From an uncultured Alphaproteobacteria bacterium (lineage in GTDB: Bacteria > Pseudomonadota > Alphaproteobacteria > HIMB59 > GCA-002718135): a DNA stretch of 55,029 bases. The notes beneath the pieces are model-generated. The model was not told the DNA's origin, made no database searches, and saw nothing but the letters and a program-made list of their open reading frames with translations. The stretch is taken from the NCBI GenBank assembly GCA_902589095.1, contig CACIRR010000003.1, forward strand, positions 1-55,029, written 5' to 3'. The position numbers and the translations under genes are program-made. This document shows, one piece after another, positions 37,865-47,198 of the stretch. How positions within the stretch are numbered: the stretch's first letter is position 1; each line of letters opens with the position of its first letter.

Positions 37865-38995
37865 TCAAATTGTTTTAGATGCTATTTGAGTTCCATTAAC
37901 TAACGAAATTAGTTTCTCATAACAAATTTTTTCATCAACTTTTCCAAATCCAGCAAAAGTACTAAAACCACAATCTGTACCAGCCATAATTTGCTCCTTT
38001 GGTACAAAAGTAGAAAATTGTTTTAACCGATCAGCAACAACTTCAGGGTGTTCAACAAAATTTGAAGTAGAGTCAATAACACCAGGCACAATAACTTTAT
38101 CTTGTGGCAATTTAATCTTTTCAAAAACTTTCCATTCATGTGCATGTCTTGGATTAGAAGACTCAATTAATAAATATTTACTTTTTGCCTTAAGTACTAT
38201 TGGTAAAATTTTTTCCAAACCAATATCAAAAGTATGAGGTCCTTCATAATTTCCCCAGCAGATATGCATTCTAATTTTGTCTTCTGAAACTGATGCCAGT
38301 GAAAGATTAAGAGCTTCAATTTGTTTTTCTGCTCGCAGCAAAAAACTTTTTTCATCTAATTCTTTAAAATTCATATGCCTTGCTAGGGCTAAATCTGGAC
38401 AATCAACTTGCAAGAATAAATTATTAGAAGTAATTTGTTGATATTCTTCTGCCATAATCACACTAAGCTTACTTAGGTACTCGTCATCATTTTTGTAAAA
38501 TTTATTAGGTAAAAAAACATTTATGACTCCTGGTGAGGCAGCATTCATAAAGCCCTTAGTATGATTATTAGCACTTAATGCAGAAGATAGATTATTTATA
38601 TCTTTTAAAAGATCATCGTTTTTTTTAATTGAGAGTTCTCCAGTACAACAGGGTCGGGTATAAGTAGGTGTTCCACCACTTTTAGCAATTTTATCTTTAT
38701 ATTCAGGAAATGCATCTAAGTCAGCTGGCGCTCTTCTTTCACTTTCACCAGAAAAACCATTAATTCTATCTTTCACATATGTAGCATAACTGATTTTACT
38801 CATTTCACCATCACTGACAAAATCAATACCTATATCAAGTTGTTTTTTGACAATGTCACTTACATTTTGTTTTACAACATCATCAAATTCATTTTCACTA
38901 AAACTATCTCCCTTATCTTTTGCAAAAAGTAATTCTGATAAAGCTTTAGAACGAGGTAAACTTCCTACATGTGTTGTTAAAATTTTCGTGTTCAA
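37865..38995 (-). CDS. MetE catalytic-domain-only Zn enzyme (methionine synthase II / epoxyalkane:CoM transferase-like)
   Basis: TTHVGSLPR, SDGEMSK, LQVDCPDLA, HICWGNYEGPH, NPRHAHEW, HPEVVA, TDCGF. Confidence 0.85.
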   Translation of the reverse strand: MNTKILTTHVGSLPRSKALSELLFAKDKGDSFSENEFDDVVKQNVSDIVKKQLDIGIDFVSDGEMSKISYATYVKDRINGFSGESERRAPADLDAFPEYKDKIAKSGGTPTYTRPCCTGELSIKKNDDLLKDINNLSSALSANNHTKGFMNAASPGVINVFLPNKFYKNDDEYLSKLSVIMAEEYQQITSNNLFLQVDCPDLALARHMNFKELDEKSFLLRAEKQIEALNLSLASVSEDKIRMHICWGNYEGPHTFDIGLEKILPIVLKAKSKYLLIESSNPRHAHEWKVFEKIKLPQDKVIVPGVIDSTSNFVEHPEVVADRLKQFSTFVPKEQIMAGTDCGFSTFAGFGKVDEKICYEKLISLVNGTQIASKTI

Positions 38996-39002
38996 TCTTT
39001 AG

Positions 39003-39974
39003 CTATCCTGTTTTCATCAAAATTTGTTTCCAAATTTCAGTTTCATCAAATAAAATCCATTCATTTTTAATTCCTCGTGGTCCAAATTCAACATGTGATA
39101 TAGCCATAACATGAACTGCTGCTTGACTAGGTACTCCAAAATATCCCGAACCCGAATGAACACCATTAAGTGACCATCTAATAGCTGCCTTTCTGTACTG
39201 ATTTGGTTCTTCTAAATAGCTAACATGATCAATTGAAAATGTTGCATCAGGAAATGATGAAAATAGAGAAGTCCAAAAAGTTTTTACTTCTTCAACTCCG
39301 TAAGCTTTCAATCCGCCTGGTAATTCTTGATTTATTGCTCTATCATATGTTTTATCAACTATATTAATATCTTTATTAAATATAGATTTTAGGACTTCTG
39401 CATATTCATAACCTGAATTTTTTTCCGGTAAATTTAATTGTGAATATTTCAAATCCAAAGGCGTATTTTTGTTAAAAGGAACTGCACAATTTTCAACACC
39501 CCCTTGATTATCAATTATTTGTTTTGCATATTTTTTTGGATCTAAATTAAGTTGTCTTACGATTGCGCCCTGATCTCTAACAAGCCATTCATCATACACT
39601 TGATTATCCTTGCATGCACAATCTGCAATTACTCTATAAATAAGTTTTTTTCCTGTTGCTTTTCCATAAACCCCATCATTCAAGTGGGTTGCTCTAGTTA
39701 AAATTCGGTGCGAAGATAAATACCCATCATGTTCATTACCTATCCATATGACATCTTCACCTAAAAGTTGACGGTCAGGAAATTCTTCTAAAGTTGCATA
39801 AGTTGCTTTCACAACTGCATCAGGTCCATACACAACTCCAGCAGGGGACCTAACTGGAATTCCTTTTGCATAATATTCTCTTATTGACTCAACATCCTTG
39901 TCTTCCCAAATTTGATATGTAATTTTTAGTATATAATCGGGTAGATCTCTAAATTTTTGATCAAAACCCTGCAT
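39003..39974 (-). CDS. Tandem SnoaL/NTF2-like (ester cyclase) protein
   Basis: EFPDRQLLGEDVIW, ATH..GVYGKATG, DEWLVRDQG; second repeat SFPDA, RWSLNGVH.G.GYFG, EWILFDE. Confidence 0.8.
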   Translation of the reverse strand: MQGFDQKFRDLPDYILKITYQIWEDKDVESIREYYAKGIPVRSPAGVVYGPDAVVKATYATLEEFPDRQLLGEDVIWIGNEHDGYLSSHRILTRATHLNDGVYGKATGKKLIYRVIADCACKDNQVYDEWLVRDQGAIVRQLNLDPKKYAKQIIDNQGGVENCAVPFNKNTPLDLKYSQLNLPEKNSGYEYAEVLKSIFNKDINIVDKTYDRAINQELPGGLKAYGVEEVKTFWTSLFSSFPDATFSIDHVSYLEEPNQYRKAAIRWSLNGVHSGSGYFGVPSQAAVHVMAISHVEFGPRGIKNEWILFDETEIWKQILMKTG

Positions 39975-39977
39975 CTT

Positions 39978-40949
39978 TTAATTTTTTTGGCGCACTATAT
40001 AAATGCTACCCTTATCGCTACTTATATTTTTAAGGCTTCTTGTAGAGTTTTTTGGAGGGGAGAAGGCATCTCTAGAGCCAATTAACACCTTTTTATCATT
40101 ACATGTAATTTCCCATTCTCCCTCCAAACATAAATAAACTTCAGATTTTGATGAGGTGTAAGAATGGATATGAGCATTATTACCTTCAAGAAGAGTAAGT
40201 CCAAATCCAGTTTTATGACTAATGTATGGTTTAAATTCTTTATTATGAATAGTGAAATCATCTAAATAATTTAAAATAGAATTTGAATTATAATGTTCGT
40301 CATCTAGAAAATAATTTTTTTGATCTGCGTAGCGAATTACAAATTTTTCAATTTCTTCAGAAGTGTAATGATCAAATTGTGTTAATTCATTATCTGTGAT
40401 TGGCTCTATTGCTTTTTTACCATCGGGTATTTGATTTTTTTCTAAATCAATAAGAGAGTTATCATTTAGAAGAACCATTCCAGTTTCTTTTGCTTTTTTT
40501 AACAATGAAGGAGTCCATGTAATTACTCCCGGATCATTTTCTCCTAACACTACAAACATTAATGCTTGTTGATCACTAACATTTTGAAATCCTCTAAACA
40601 TATTAGTAGGAAATGAAGCGACATCTCCTTTATGTAAAATAACCTCACCCTCTTTTCCATCTGGTCCCCAATAAAAACGCCACGAACCAGAAAAGATAAT
40701 AAATACCTCAGCTGTTGTATGACTATGAAGCCCAGAACCATTCATCGGTGCAGCACTTACTGCCCCAATATTAAACCCATGCTCCTCAGCAATTTTTACA
40801 TTTTGTTTAGAATCTTCACTTACGCCAGGACCCACTACTGAGTAATTCAATCTATCTTGATGTCCTTTTAATTTACCCTCAACAAAAGGAACCTTACTTG
40901 GTATTAGATCATTAAATCTCGCCAGACGAGTTTCTATATTTATTGACAT
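39978..40949 (-). CDS. Bicupin-domain protein
   Basis: GSGLHSHTTAEVFIIFSGSW and GDVASFPTNMFRGFQN; degenerate second cupin EVYLCLEGEW...DAFSPP. Confidence 0.8.
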   Translation of the reverse strand: MSINIETRLARFNDLIPSKVPFVEGKLKGHQDRLNYSVVGPGVSEDSKQNVKIAEEHGFNIGAVSAAPMNGSGLHSHTTAEVFIIFSGSWRFYWGPDGKEGEVILHKGDVASFPTNMFRGFQNVSDQQALMFVVLGENDPGVITWTPSLLKKAKETGMVLLNDNSLIDLEKNQIPDGKKAIEPITDNELTQFDHYTSEEIEKFVIRYADQKNYFLDDEHYNSNSILNYLDDFTIHNKEFKPYISHKTGFGLTLLEGNNAHIHSYTSSKSEVYLCLEGEWEITCNDKKVLIGSRDAFSPPKNSTRSLKNISSDKGSIYIVRQKN

Positions 40950-41057
40950 TTTAAGAAAAATTATATTTTATGCATTTTTAATGAATATTATTCAAAATAT
41001 TGAATAAATCAATTAAATATTGAGCCTAAACTGTGAGTAACTAAAACTAAGTAAATT

Positions 41058-42149
41058 ATGACAGAAATTGAAAATTTTAATACTGGAATAAAAAAAGAAG
41101 GAAGCACTGAAGTAATTAATTTAAATCCAAAGATAAATATAGCAAATAAAAAAAAAATCAGAATTCTTCTAAAAAATATAGCTGAATCCAATTCAGAAAA
41201 TATTAATAATAATATTAGTGATGCGTATCATGATGATGCAGAAATAAGAACCTTCCATCCACTTAATGACTTAAAAGGCATTTCTGAAATAACAGAAAAA
41301 TTATGGAAACCGCTTTTAAATGCATTTCCTGATCTTGAGAGAAGGGATAACCTAATTCTTGGCGGTTCTTTTCAAGACTCAATTTTTGTTTCAACAATAG
41401 CTCATTTAACTGGGACTTTTGTTAATCCATGGCTTAATGTTCCTGCTCATGGCAAAACAATACATTTAAGAATATGTGAAGCGCATCAAATTAAAGATAA
41501 TAAAATCATTCAATCACATATTTTGATTGATACTCTAGATTTTATTCGTCAGGCAGGATTTTGGCCAATAAATAAATCATTAGGAGTAGAAGGAATGTGG
41601 CCTGGTCCTATAACCGGTGATGGTACAACATTTGAAAATATGGATGATGAGTTGTCCATCAATTCGATGAATCAAGCTTTAACAATGCAGAGAAGTTTAA
41701 ATATAAAACCAGAAACAGATCCTGGATCAACGCATGAATACGTTAGAGATAAATTGCTAAATCATCCTCAAAAAGAATTCTGGCATCCTAAAATGATGTG
41801 GTACGGACCTTGCGGTATTGGTACAGCAAGAGGTTTAAAAGGATTTGTTGATCATCATCAATTACCTTTTAGGTTTACATTTAAAGAGAGAGATTACTGG
41901 AAAATTGGTCATTATATAGAAATAGCTGATGGTAATTATTCAATGACATCAGGCTGGCACAGTATTGAGTGTATACATGGTTCTAATGAGTGGCTAGGCT
42001 ACAAAGGTACTGGTAAAGCTGTCACAATGAGGGTTATGGATTTCTATTTACATCATGAAGGTTTGATACGAGAAAACTGGGTCCCAATAGATATAGCACA
42101 TATCTTAAATCAAATAGGCATAGATGTATTTGATCTAATAAAAAAATAA
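41058..42149 (+). CDS. Tandem SnoaL/NTF2-like (ester cyclase) protein, paralogue of 31712-32785
   Basis: AFPDLERRD, WHPKMMWYGPCGIGTARG, HQLPF, MRVMDFY..EGLIRENWVPID. Confidence 0.8.
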   Translation: MTEIENFNTGIKKEGSTEVINLNPKINIANKKKIRILLKNIAESNSENINNNISDAYHDDAEIRTFHPLNDLKGISEITEKLWKPLLNAFPDLERRDNLILGGSFQDSIFVSTIAHLTGTFVNPWLNVPAHGKTIHLRICEAHQIKDNKIIQSHILIDTLDFIRQAGFWPINKSLGVEGMWPGPITGDGTTFENMDDELSINSMNQALTMQRSLNIKPETDPGSTHEYVRDKLLNHPQKEFWHPKMMWYGPCGIGTARGLKGFVDHHQLPFRFTFKERDYWKIGHYIEIADGNYSMTSGWHSIECIHGSNEWLGYKGTGKAVTMRVMDFYLHHEGLIRENWVPIDIAHILNQIGIDVFDLIKK

Positions 42150-42210
42150 CAGATTAAATAGATATTATCAGTTTATTATATATACGTAGAAAATTAATTG
42201 AGGGGATAAA

Positions 42211-43497
42211 ATGACTGTTTCATATATCAAAAAAGCTGACAAAACTGCTTCTTCCGATGAAGTAGAAACAAGACAACGAGTTCAAGAAGTTCTTAAAGAA
42301 ATTGAAACAAAAAGAGATGAGGGCATTAGAGAAATCTCTCGAAAATTTGATAATTATGAAGGTGATGTTATTGTTTCTCAAGAAAAAATTGAAGAAGTTA
42401 TAAAATCATTAGATCAAAAAGTAAAAGATGATGTGCAGTTCTCCTATGATAGAGTTCGCAGTTTTGCAGAGCATCAACTAAAACATCTTAATAATGATTT
42501 TGAAGTTGAATTATCTCCAGGTCTTTTTGCTGGTCAAAAATTAATTCCTGTGAACAGTGTTGGTTGTTATGTTCCAGGGGGCCGGTATAATAATATTGCC
42601 TCCGCTGTCATGAGTATCACGACAGCAAAAGTTGCGGGTGTTAAAAATGTAATTGCCGCGAGTCCTCCAAAAGATGAAAATGGGGCTAATCCTATAATTA
42701 TTTACACTGCAAATTTATGTGGTGCTGATGTTATTATGAACTGTGGTGGAATTGGAGCAATTGGAGCTTTTGCTTATGGATGTTTTGGCAATCCAGAAGT
42801 TGATATGATCGTTGGTCCAGGAAACCAGTATGTAGCAGAAGCAAAAAGAATTTTATACGGAAAAGTTGGAATAGATTTATTTGCTGGGCCTACAGAAATT
42901 GGTATTATCGCAGATCATACTGCTGATAAAGAAATGATCGCTGTTGATCTTGTTGGTCAAGCAGAACACGGTCCAAATTCTCCAGCGTGGCTGTATACAA
43001 CTGATAAAGAATTGTGTGATTATGTTATGAAGCGAGTACCAGAATTAATTGCTGAACTCCCCGAAACATCGAGAAATAATGCTGATGCTGCTTGGCGTGA
43101 TTATGGTGAGGTTGTGTTGTGTGATACTAATGAAGAATTATGCCAGGTAAGTGATGAATATGCACCTGAGCATTTAGAAGTACAAGCTGAAAAATTGGAT
43201 TGGTGGTTAGATAAATTAAAAAACTATGGATCATTATTTTTAGGAGAAGAAACTACAGTTGCTTACGGCGATAAATGTTCTGGAACTAACCACATTCTTC
43301 CAACCAAAGGAGCTGCAAAATATACTGGTGGTTTGTTTGTAGGTAAATTTATCAAAACAGTTACCTTTCAGCGCATGACAAAAGAATCGAATAAAGAAGT
43401 TGGTGCTGCAGCAGCTAGAATTTCACGATTAGAAGGAATGGAAGCACATGCACGAACAGGTGATGCCCGTTTAAGAAAATATGGTTTTCAAAATTAA
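42211..43497 (+). CDS. hpsN: Sulfopropanediol (DHPS) 3-dehydrogenase, histidinol-dehydrogenase family
   Basis: GCYVPGGRY..IAS, VGPGNQYVAEAKR, QAEHG.NSP, AWRDYGEV, APEHL, YGSLFLGEETTVAYGDK, ARISRLEGMEAHAR (HpsN pattern rather than HisD); GAGGGG RBS. Confidence 0.85.
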   Translation: MTVSYIKKADKTASSDEVETRQRVQEVLKEIETKRDEGIREISRKFDNYEGDVIVSQEKIEEVIKSLDQKVKDDVQFSYDRVRSFAEHQLKHLNNDFEVELSPGLFAGQKLIPVNSVGCYVPGGRYNNIASAVMSITTAKVAGVKNVIAASPPKDENGANPIIIYTANLCGADVIMNCGGIGAIGAFAYGCFGNPEVDMIVGPGNQYVAEAKRILYGKVGIDLFAGPTEIGIIADHTADKEMIAVDLVGQAEHGPNSPAWLYTTDKELCDYVMKRVPELIAELPETSRNNADAAWRDYGEVVLCDTNEELCQVSDEYAPEHLEVQAEKLDWWLDKLKNYGSLFLGEETTVAYGDKCSGTNHILPTKGAAKYTGGLFVGKFIKTVTFQRMTKESNKEVGAAAARISRLEGMEAHARTGDARLRKYGFQN

Positions 43498-45368
43498 ATA
43501 ATTTTTTTACTTTCTAAAAAATTAATAATTTGATCAGCCAACTCTTCAGCATTATTTGTTTTCGTATCAAGGACGAGATCTGCATTTTCTGGTATTTCAT
43601 AAGTAGAATCAATTCCTGTAAAATTCTTTAATTCGCCTGATCTTGCTTTTTTATATAATCCTTTTGGATCTCTCTTTTCACATTCTTCTAGTGGGGTACT
43701 AACAAATACCTCAAAAAACTCACCTTCCTCGAGCAAGTCTCTTGCCATTTTTCTTTCTGAGCGAAACGGAGAAATAAAGGATACTAGAGTAATTAATCCA
43801 GCATCTAGCATTAATTTTGATACTTCAGCAACACGTCGAATATTTTCAACACGGTCTGTATCGGTAAATCCTAAATCTTTATTTAATCCATGACGCACAT
43901 TATCACCATCTAATAGATAAGTTCTTTTATTCATCGTATGAAGTTTTTGCTCGAGAATATTGGCAATGGTTGACTTCCCTGATCCTGATAATCCCGTAAA
44001 CCAAATCACACATGGTTGTTGGACATTTAGTTTGGAGCGCGTCTTTTTATTGATACTCATTTCATGCCAAGAAATATTAGTGGATCGACGCAAGACATGA
44101 TCAATCATGCCAGCACCAATTGTTTTATTATTATATGGATCAATGACAACAAAACTCCCTAATTGATGATTGTTTTTATAAGGAGCAATACTGTGCGTTT
44201 TATTTAGAGCTATTTTACAATATGCAATATCGTTTAAATTTAATTTTTTGGTTGCTATTTCCTCATAAGAATTCACATTAATACTGTGCACTAGATCAGT
44301 AATTTGTCCATTGATATAAGTATTATTAAAACGAAAGATGTAATTACGCTCAGGTAACATTGAGTCTTGATCCATCCAAACAAGATGAGCTGCAAACTGA
44401 TCAGCTTTTATAATATCCGTATTATCATGTGTAAGAATGATATCGCCTCGAGAAATATCTAATTCATCTTGTAACGTTAATGTTACTGCCTGATTTGTAA
44501 AAGCTTCGCCTAATTCACCATTGGTTCCATAAATATTCTTAATTGAAGTTTGAGAATTCGATGAAGCTGTTGTGATTACATCTCCTTTAGATATTTTGCC
44601 AGAAGTGATTGTTCCTGCATATCCTCTAAAATCTGAGGTTGATCTATTTACCCACTGCACTGGCATGCTAAATGCATTTGGTATGTCCTTCTTTTCAATT
44701 TGAATATTTTCTAAAGTTTCAATAAGAGAAGGACCTGAATACCATTTAGTATTTTCAAAAGTTGAAAAAACATTATCTCCTTTTAGGGCTGATAGTGGAA
44801 TATACTTGGTAGAGATAAAATTAAAATTCTTTATCAATTCTTTATATTCTGCGATGATTTTATTAAAAATATGTTCATCATAATTTACTAAATCCATTTT
44901 GTTAATTGCCACAACAACATGCTTGATACCAAGGAGATTAACAATAAAACTATGCCTTTTTGTTTGCTCCAAAACACCTTTTTGTGCATCAATTAAAATG
45001 ATAGCAACATCAGAATTAGAAGCACCTGTTGCCATATTACGTGTATATTGTTCATGTCCAGGCGTATCGGCAACAATAAATTTACATTTTGATGTTTCAA
45101 AAAAACGATAGGCTACATCAATTGTAATTCCTTGTTCGCGCTCTGCTTGTAAGCCATCAATTAATAAAGCTAGGTCTATATCTTTTCCTTGGGTTCCATA
45201 TTTTTCACTTTCAATCTTAACTTGATCCATTTGATCAAGAAATACATTTTGGGAATCGTATAACAGTCTACCTAATAAAGTCGACTTTCCATCATCCACA
45301 GATCCACATGTTAAAATTTTAACTTGCTTCTTTTTATTTTGATTTTGAAAAAATTTTTCTAAATCCAT
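43494..45368 (-). CDS. cysNC: Bifunctional sulfate adenylyltransferase subunit 1 / APS kinase
   Basis: CGSVDDGKSTL, AEREQGITID, DTPGHEQY, NKMD; C-terminal WFTGLSGSGKST, LDGDNVR, RDPKGLY. Confidence 0.95.
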   Translation of the reverse strand: MDLEKFFQNQNKKKQVKILTCGSVDDGKSTLLGRLLYDSQNVFLDQMDQVKIESEKYGTQGKDIDLALLIDGLQAEREQGITIDVAYRFFETSKCKFIVADTPGHEQYTRNMATGASNSDVAIILIDAQKGVLEQTKRHSFIVNLLGIKHVVVAINKMDLVNYDEHIFNKIIAEYKELIKNFNFISTKYIPLSALKGDNVFSTFENTKWYSGPSLIETLENIQIEKKDIPNAFSMPVQWVNRSTSDFRGYAGTITSGKISKGDVITTASSNSQTSIKNIYGTNGELGEAFTNQAVTLTLQDELDISRGDIILTHDNTDIIKADQFAAHLVWMDQDSMLPERNYIFRFNNTYINGQITDLVHSINVNSYEEIATKKLNLNDIAYCKIALNKTHSIAPYKNNHQLGSFVVIDPYNNKTIGAGMIDHVLRRSTNISWHEMSINKKTRSKLNVQQPCVIWFTGLSGSGKSTIANILEQKLHTMNKRTYLLDGDNVRHGLNKDLGFTDTDRVENIRRVAEVSKLMLDAGLITLVSFISPFRSERKMARDLLEEGEFFEVFVSTPLEECEKRDPKGLYKKARSGELKNFTGIDSTYEIPENADLVLDTKTNNAEELADQIINFLESKKII

Positions 45369-46267
45369 TAAAAATATCCTTCTTGCTTCTTTTTTTCCAT
45401 TGATCCAATTTGATCTTTATCGATTGCTCTTCCTTCTCTTTCAGAATTTTTACTCTCTAATAATTCAATAATAATCTCTTCAACCGATATTGCCTTAGAT
45501 TCAATGGCACCGGTCAATGGATAACAACCCAATGTTCTAAAACGCACTATTCGATTTTCTATTTTTTCATGTTCTTTTACATCGAGCCTTTTGTCATCAA
45601 CCATTAAAAGTAAATTATCACGTTTAATTACGGGGCGTTCTTTTGCAAAATATAGAGGAACAATATTTATTTTTTCTTGGTAAATGTATTGCCACACATC
45701 AATCTCAGTCCAATTTGATAGAGGAAAAACTCTTACGTTTTCTCCCTTTGCTATTTTTGTATTATATAAATTCCACAATTCAGGCCGTTGATTTTTTGGA
45801 TCCCAATGATGTTGCTGATCTCTAAAAGAAAATACTCTTTCCTTTGCTCTTGATTTTTCCTCATCTCTTCGTGCTCCTCCAAAAGCAGCATCAAACTTAT
45901 ATTTATCTAATGCTTGTTTCAGTGACTGTGTCTTCATCACATCTGTATGAAGTTTAGAGCCATGAGTAATAGGACCAATGTTATTTTTTACACCTTCTTC
46001 ATTAATATGAACTAATAAATCTAAGTTGTATTCTTTTGCTATTTGATCACGAAAAGTTATCATTTCTTTAAATTTCCAAGTTGTATCAACATGCAATAAT
46101 TTAAATGGCAGTTTACTTGGTGCAAAAGCTTTTAATGCTAAGTGTAGCATGACAGCAGAGTCTTTTCCTATTGAATATAGCATCACGGGATTTTCAAACT
46201 CTGATGCTACTTCTCTAATAATGTGAATGCTCTCAGACTCTAATTTTTCTAAATGGGTTAAGTTCAT
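45368..46267 (-). CDS. cysD: Sulfate adenylyltransferase subunit 2
   Basis: [47 protein letters not shown]. Confidence 0.96.
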   Translation of the reverse strand: MNLTHLEKLESESIHIIREVASEFENPVMLYSIGKDSAVMLHLALKAFAPSKLPFKLLHVDTTWKFKEMITFRDQIAKEYNLDLLVHINEEGVKNNIGPITHGSKLHTDVMKTQSLKQALDKYKFDAAFGGARRDEEKSRAKERVFSFRDQQHHWDPKNQRPELWNLYNTKIAKGENVRVFPLSNWTEIDVWQYIYQEKINIVPLYFAKERPVIKRDNLLLMVDDKRLDVKEHEKIENRIVRFRTLGCYPLTGAIESKAISVEEIIIELLESKNSEREGRAIDKDQIGSMEKKKQEGYF

Positions 46268-46270
46268 AAT

Positions 46271-47065
46271 TTAATTGAGATCAATGTTGCCTATAGCATA
46301 AAATTCAGGATTAAGAATATTCTCTTTAGTATTATATTTGATACTATCATTTTGAAAGGTTCTAATTTTTCCACCAGCTTCATTTACTATCATATGACCA
46401 GCTGCTATATCCCATTCAGATGTTGGGCCAAAACGTGGATATATATCTGCCACACCCTCTGCAATCAAACAAAATTTTAATGAACTCCCAGCTTGAACTA
46501 TGTCAGCATTAGGAAATTTTTCTTTTACCCAATTATCAAAAATAGCGTTAGAGTGAGAACGACTTCCAATTACGCGTGCTCTGTTCGTTTGATTTGAAAC
46601 TAGAATTTTTTGAATTCCTTCAAAGTTTTTCAATTTATCTTTTGCATTTGTTTTAAATGATCCTTTGTTTTTTTCAGCCAAGTACAAGAGGGATTTTGCT
46701 GGAACATAGACTACTCCTAAAATTGGATTATTGTCTTCAATCAAAGCAATATTTACAGTGAACTCACCATTTTTTTTTATAAATTCTTTTGTTCCATCTA
46801 AGGGATCAACAAGCCAATACTTTTTCCAATTTTTTCTTACACTCCATTCCACTAGTGACTCTTCGCTCAAAATAGGAATATTGCCATTGAATTTATTTAG
46901 AGACTCTAGAATAATTTTATTAGAAGCTAAATCTGCTTTTGTTAAAGGAGATAAGTCCTCTTTGTGTGTAACTTGAATATCATTATTATAGAAATTTAAA
47001 ATTTCTTTACCTGCTTCTATTGAAACATTACAAACATCTAATAACAATTTATTATTTGGTATCAT
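46271..47065 (-). CDS. cysQ: 3'(2'),5'-bisphosphate nucleotidase
   Basis: SPLTKAD, ILSEE, WLVDPLDGTKEF, GSRSH, GSSLKFC, YPRFGPTSEWDIAAG. Confidence 0.94.
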   Translation of the reverse strand: MIPNNKLLLDVCNVSIEAGKEILNFYNNDIQVTHKEDLSPLTKADLASNKIILESLNKFNGNIPILSEESLVEWSVRKNWKKYWLVDPLDGTKEFIKKNGEFTVNIALIEDNNPILGVVYVPAKSLLYLAEKNKGSFKTNAKDKLKNFEGIQKILVSNQTNRARVIGSRSHSNAIFDNWVKEKFPNADIVQAGSSLKFCLIAEGVADIYPRFGPTSEWDIAAGHMIVNEAGGKIRTFQNDSIKYNTKENILNPEFYAIGNIDLN

Positions 47066-47198
47066 TTTAATTTGACTTTTATAGAACCTAAATTAGTGTT
47101 TTGACAGATTTTTATGGAAAAAGAAATTTACAAAATCATAAACAAAGAAAAATTAAGCGTAGTAAGTGAAAACTTAGAAAAAGCCCCTAGTCATCCTT

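Noticed and set aside
42211-43497. Histidinol dehydrogenase (hisD) call
   Set aside because: Motifs (GGRY..IAS, AWRDYGEV, YGDK..GTNH) fit the HpsN branch, and there are no his genes nearby
47163-47176. TAAGT-GAAA-ACTTA mini-hairpin upstream of the flavoenzyme, as a possible riboswitch
   Set aside because: Only a 5-bp AT-rich stem; no recognisable SAM-V, glycine or other riboswitch consensus. An Rfam/Infernal scan would settle it
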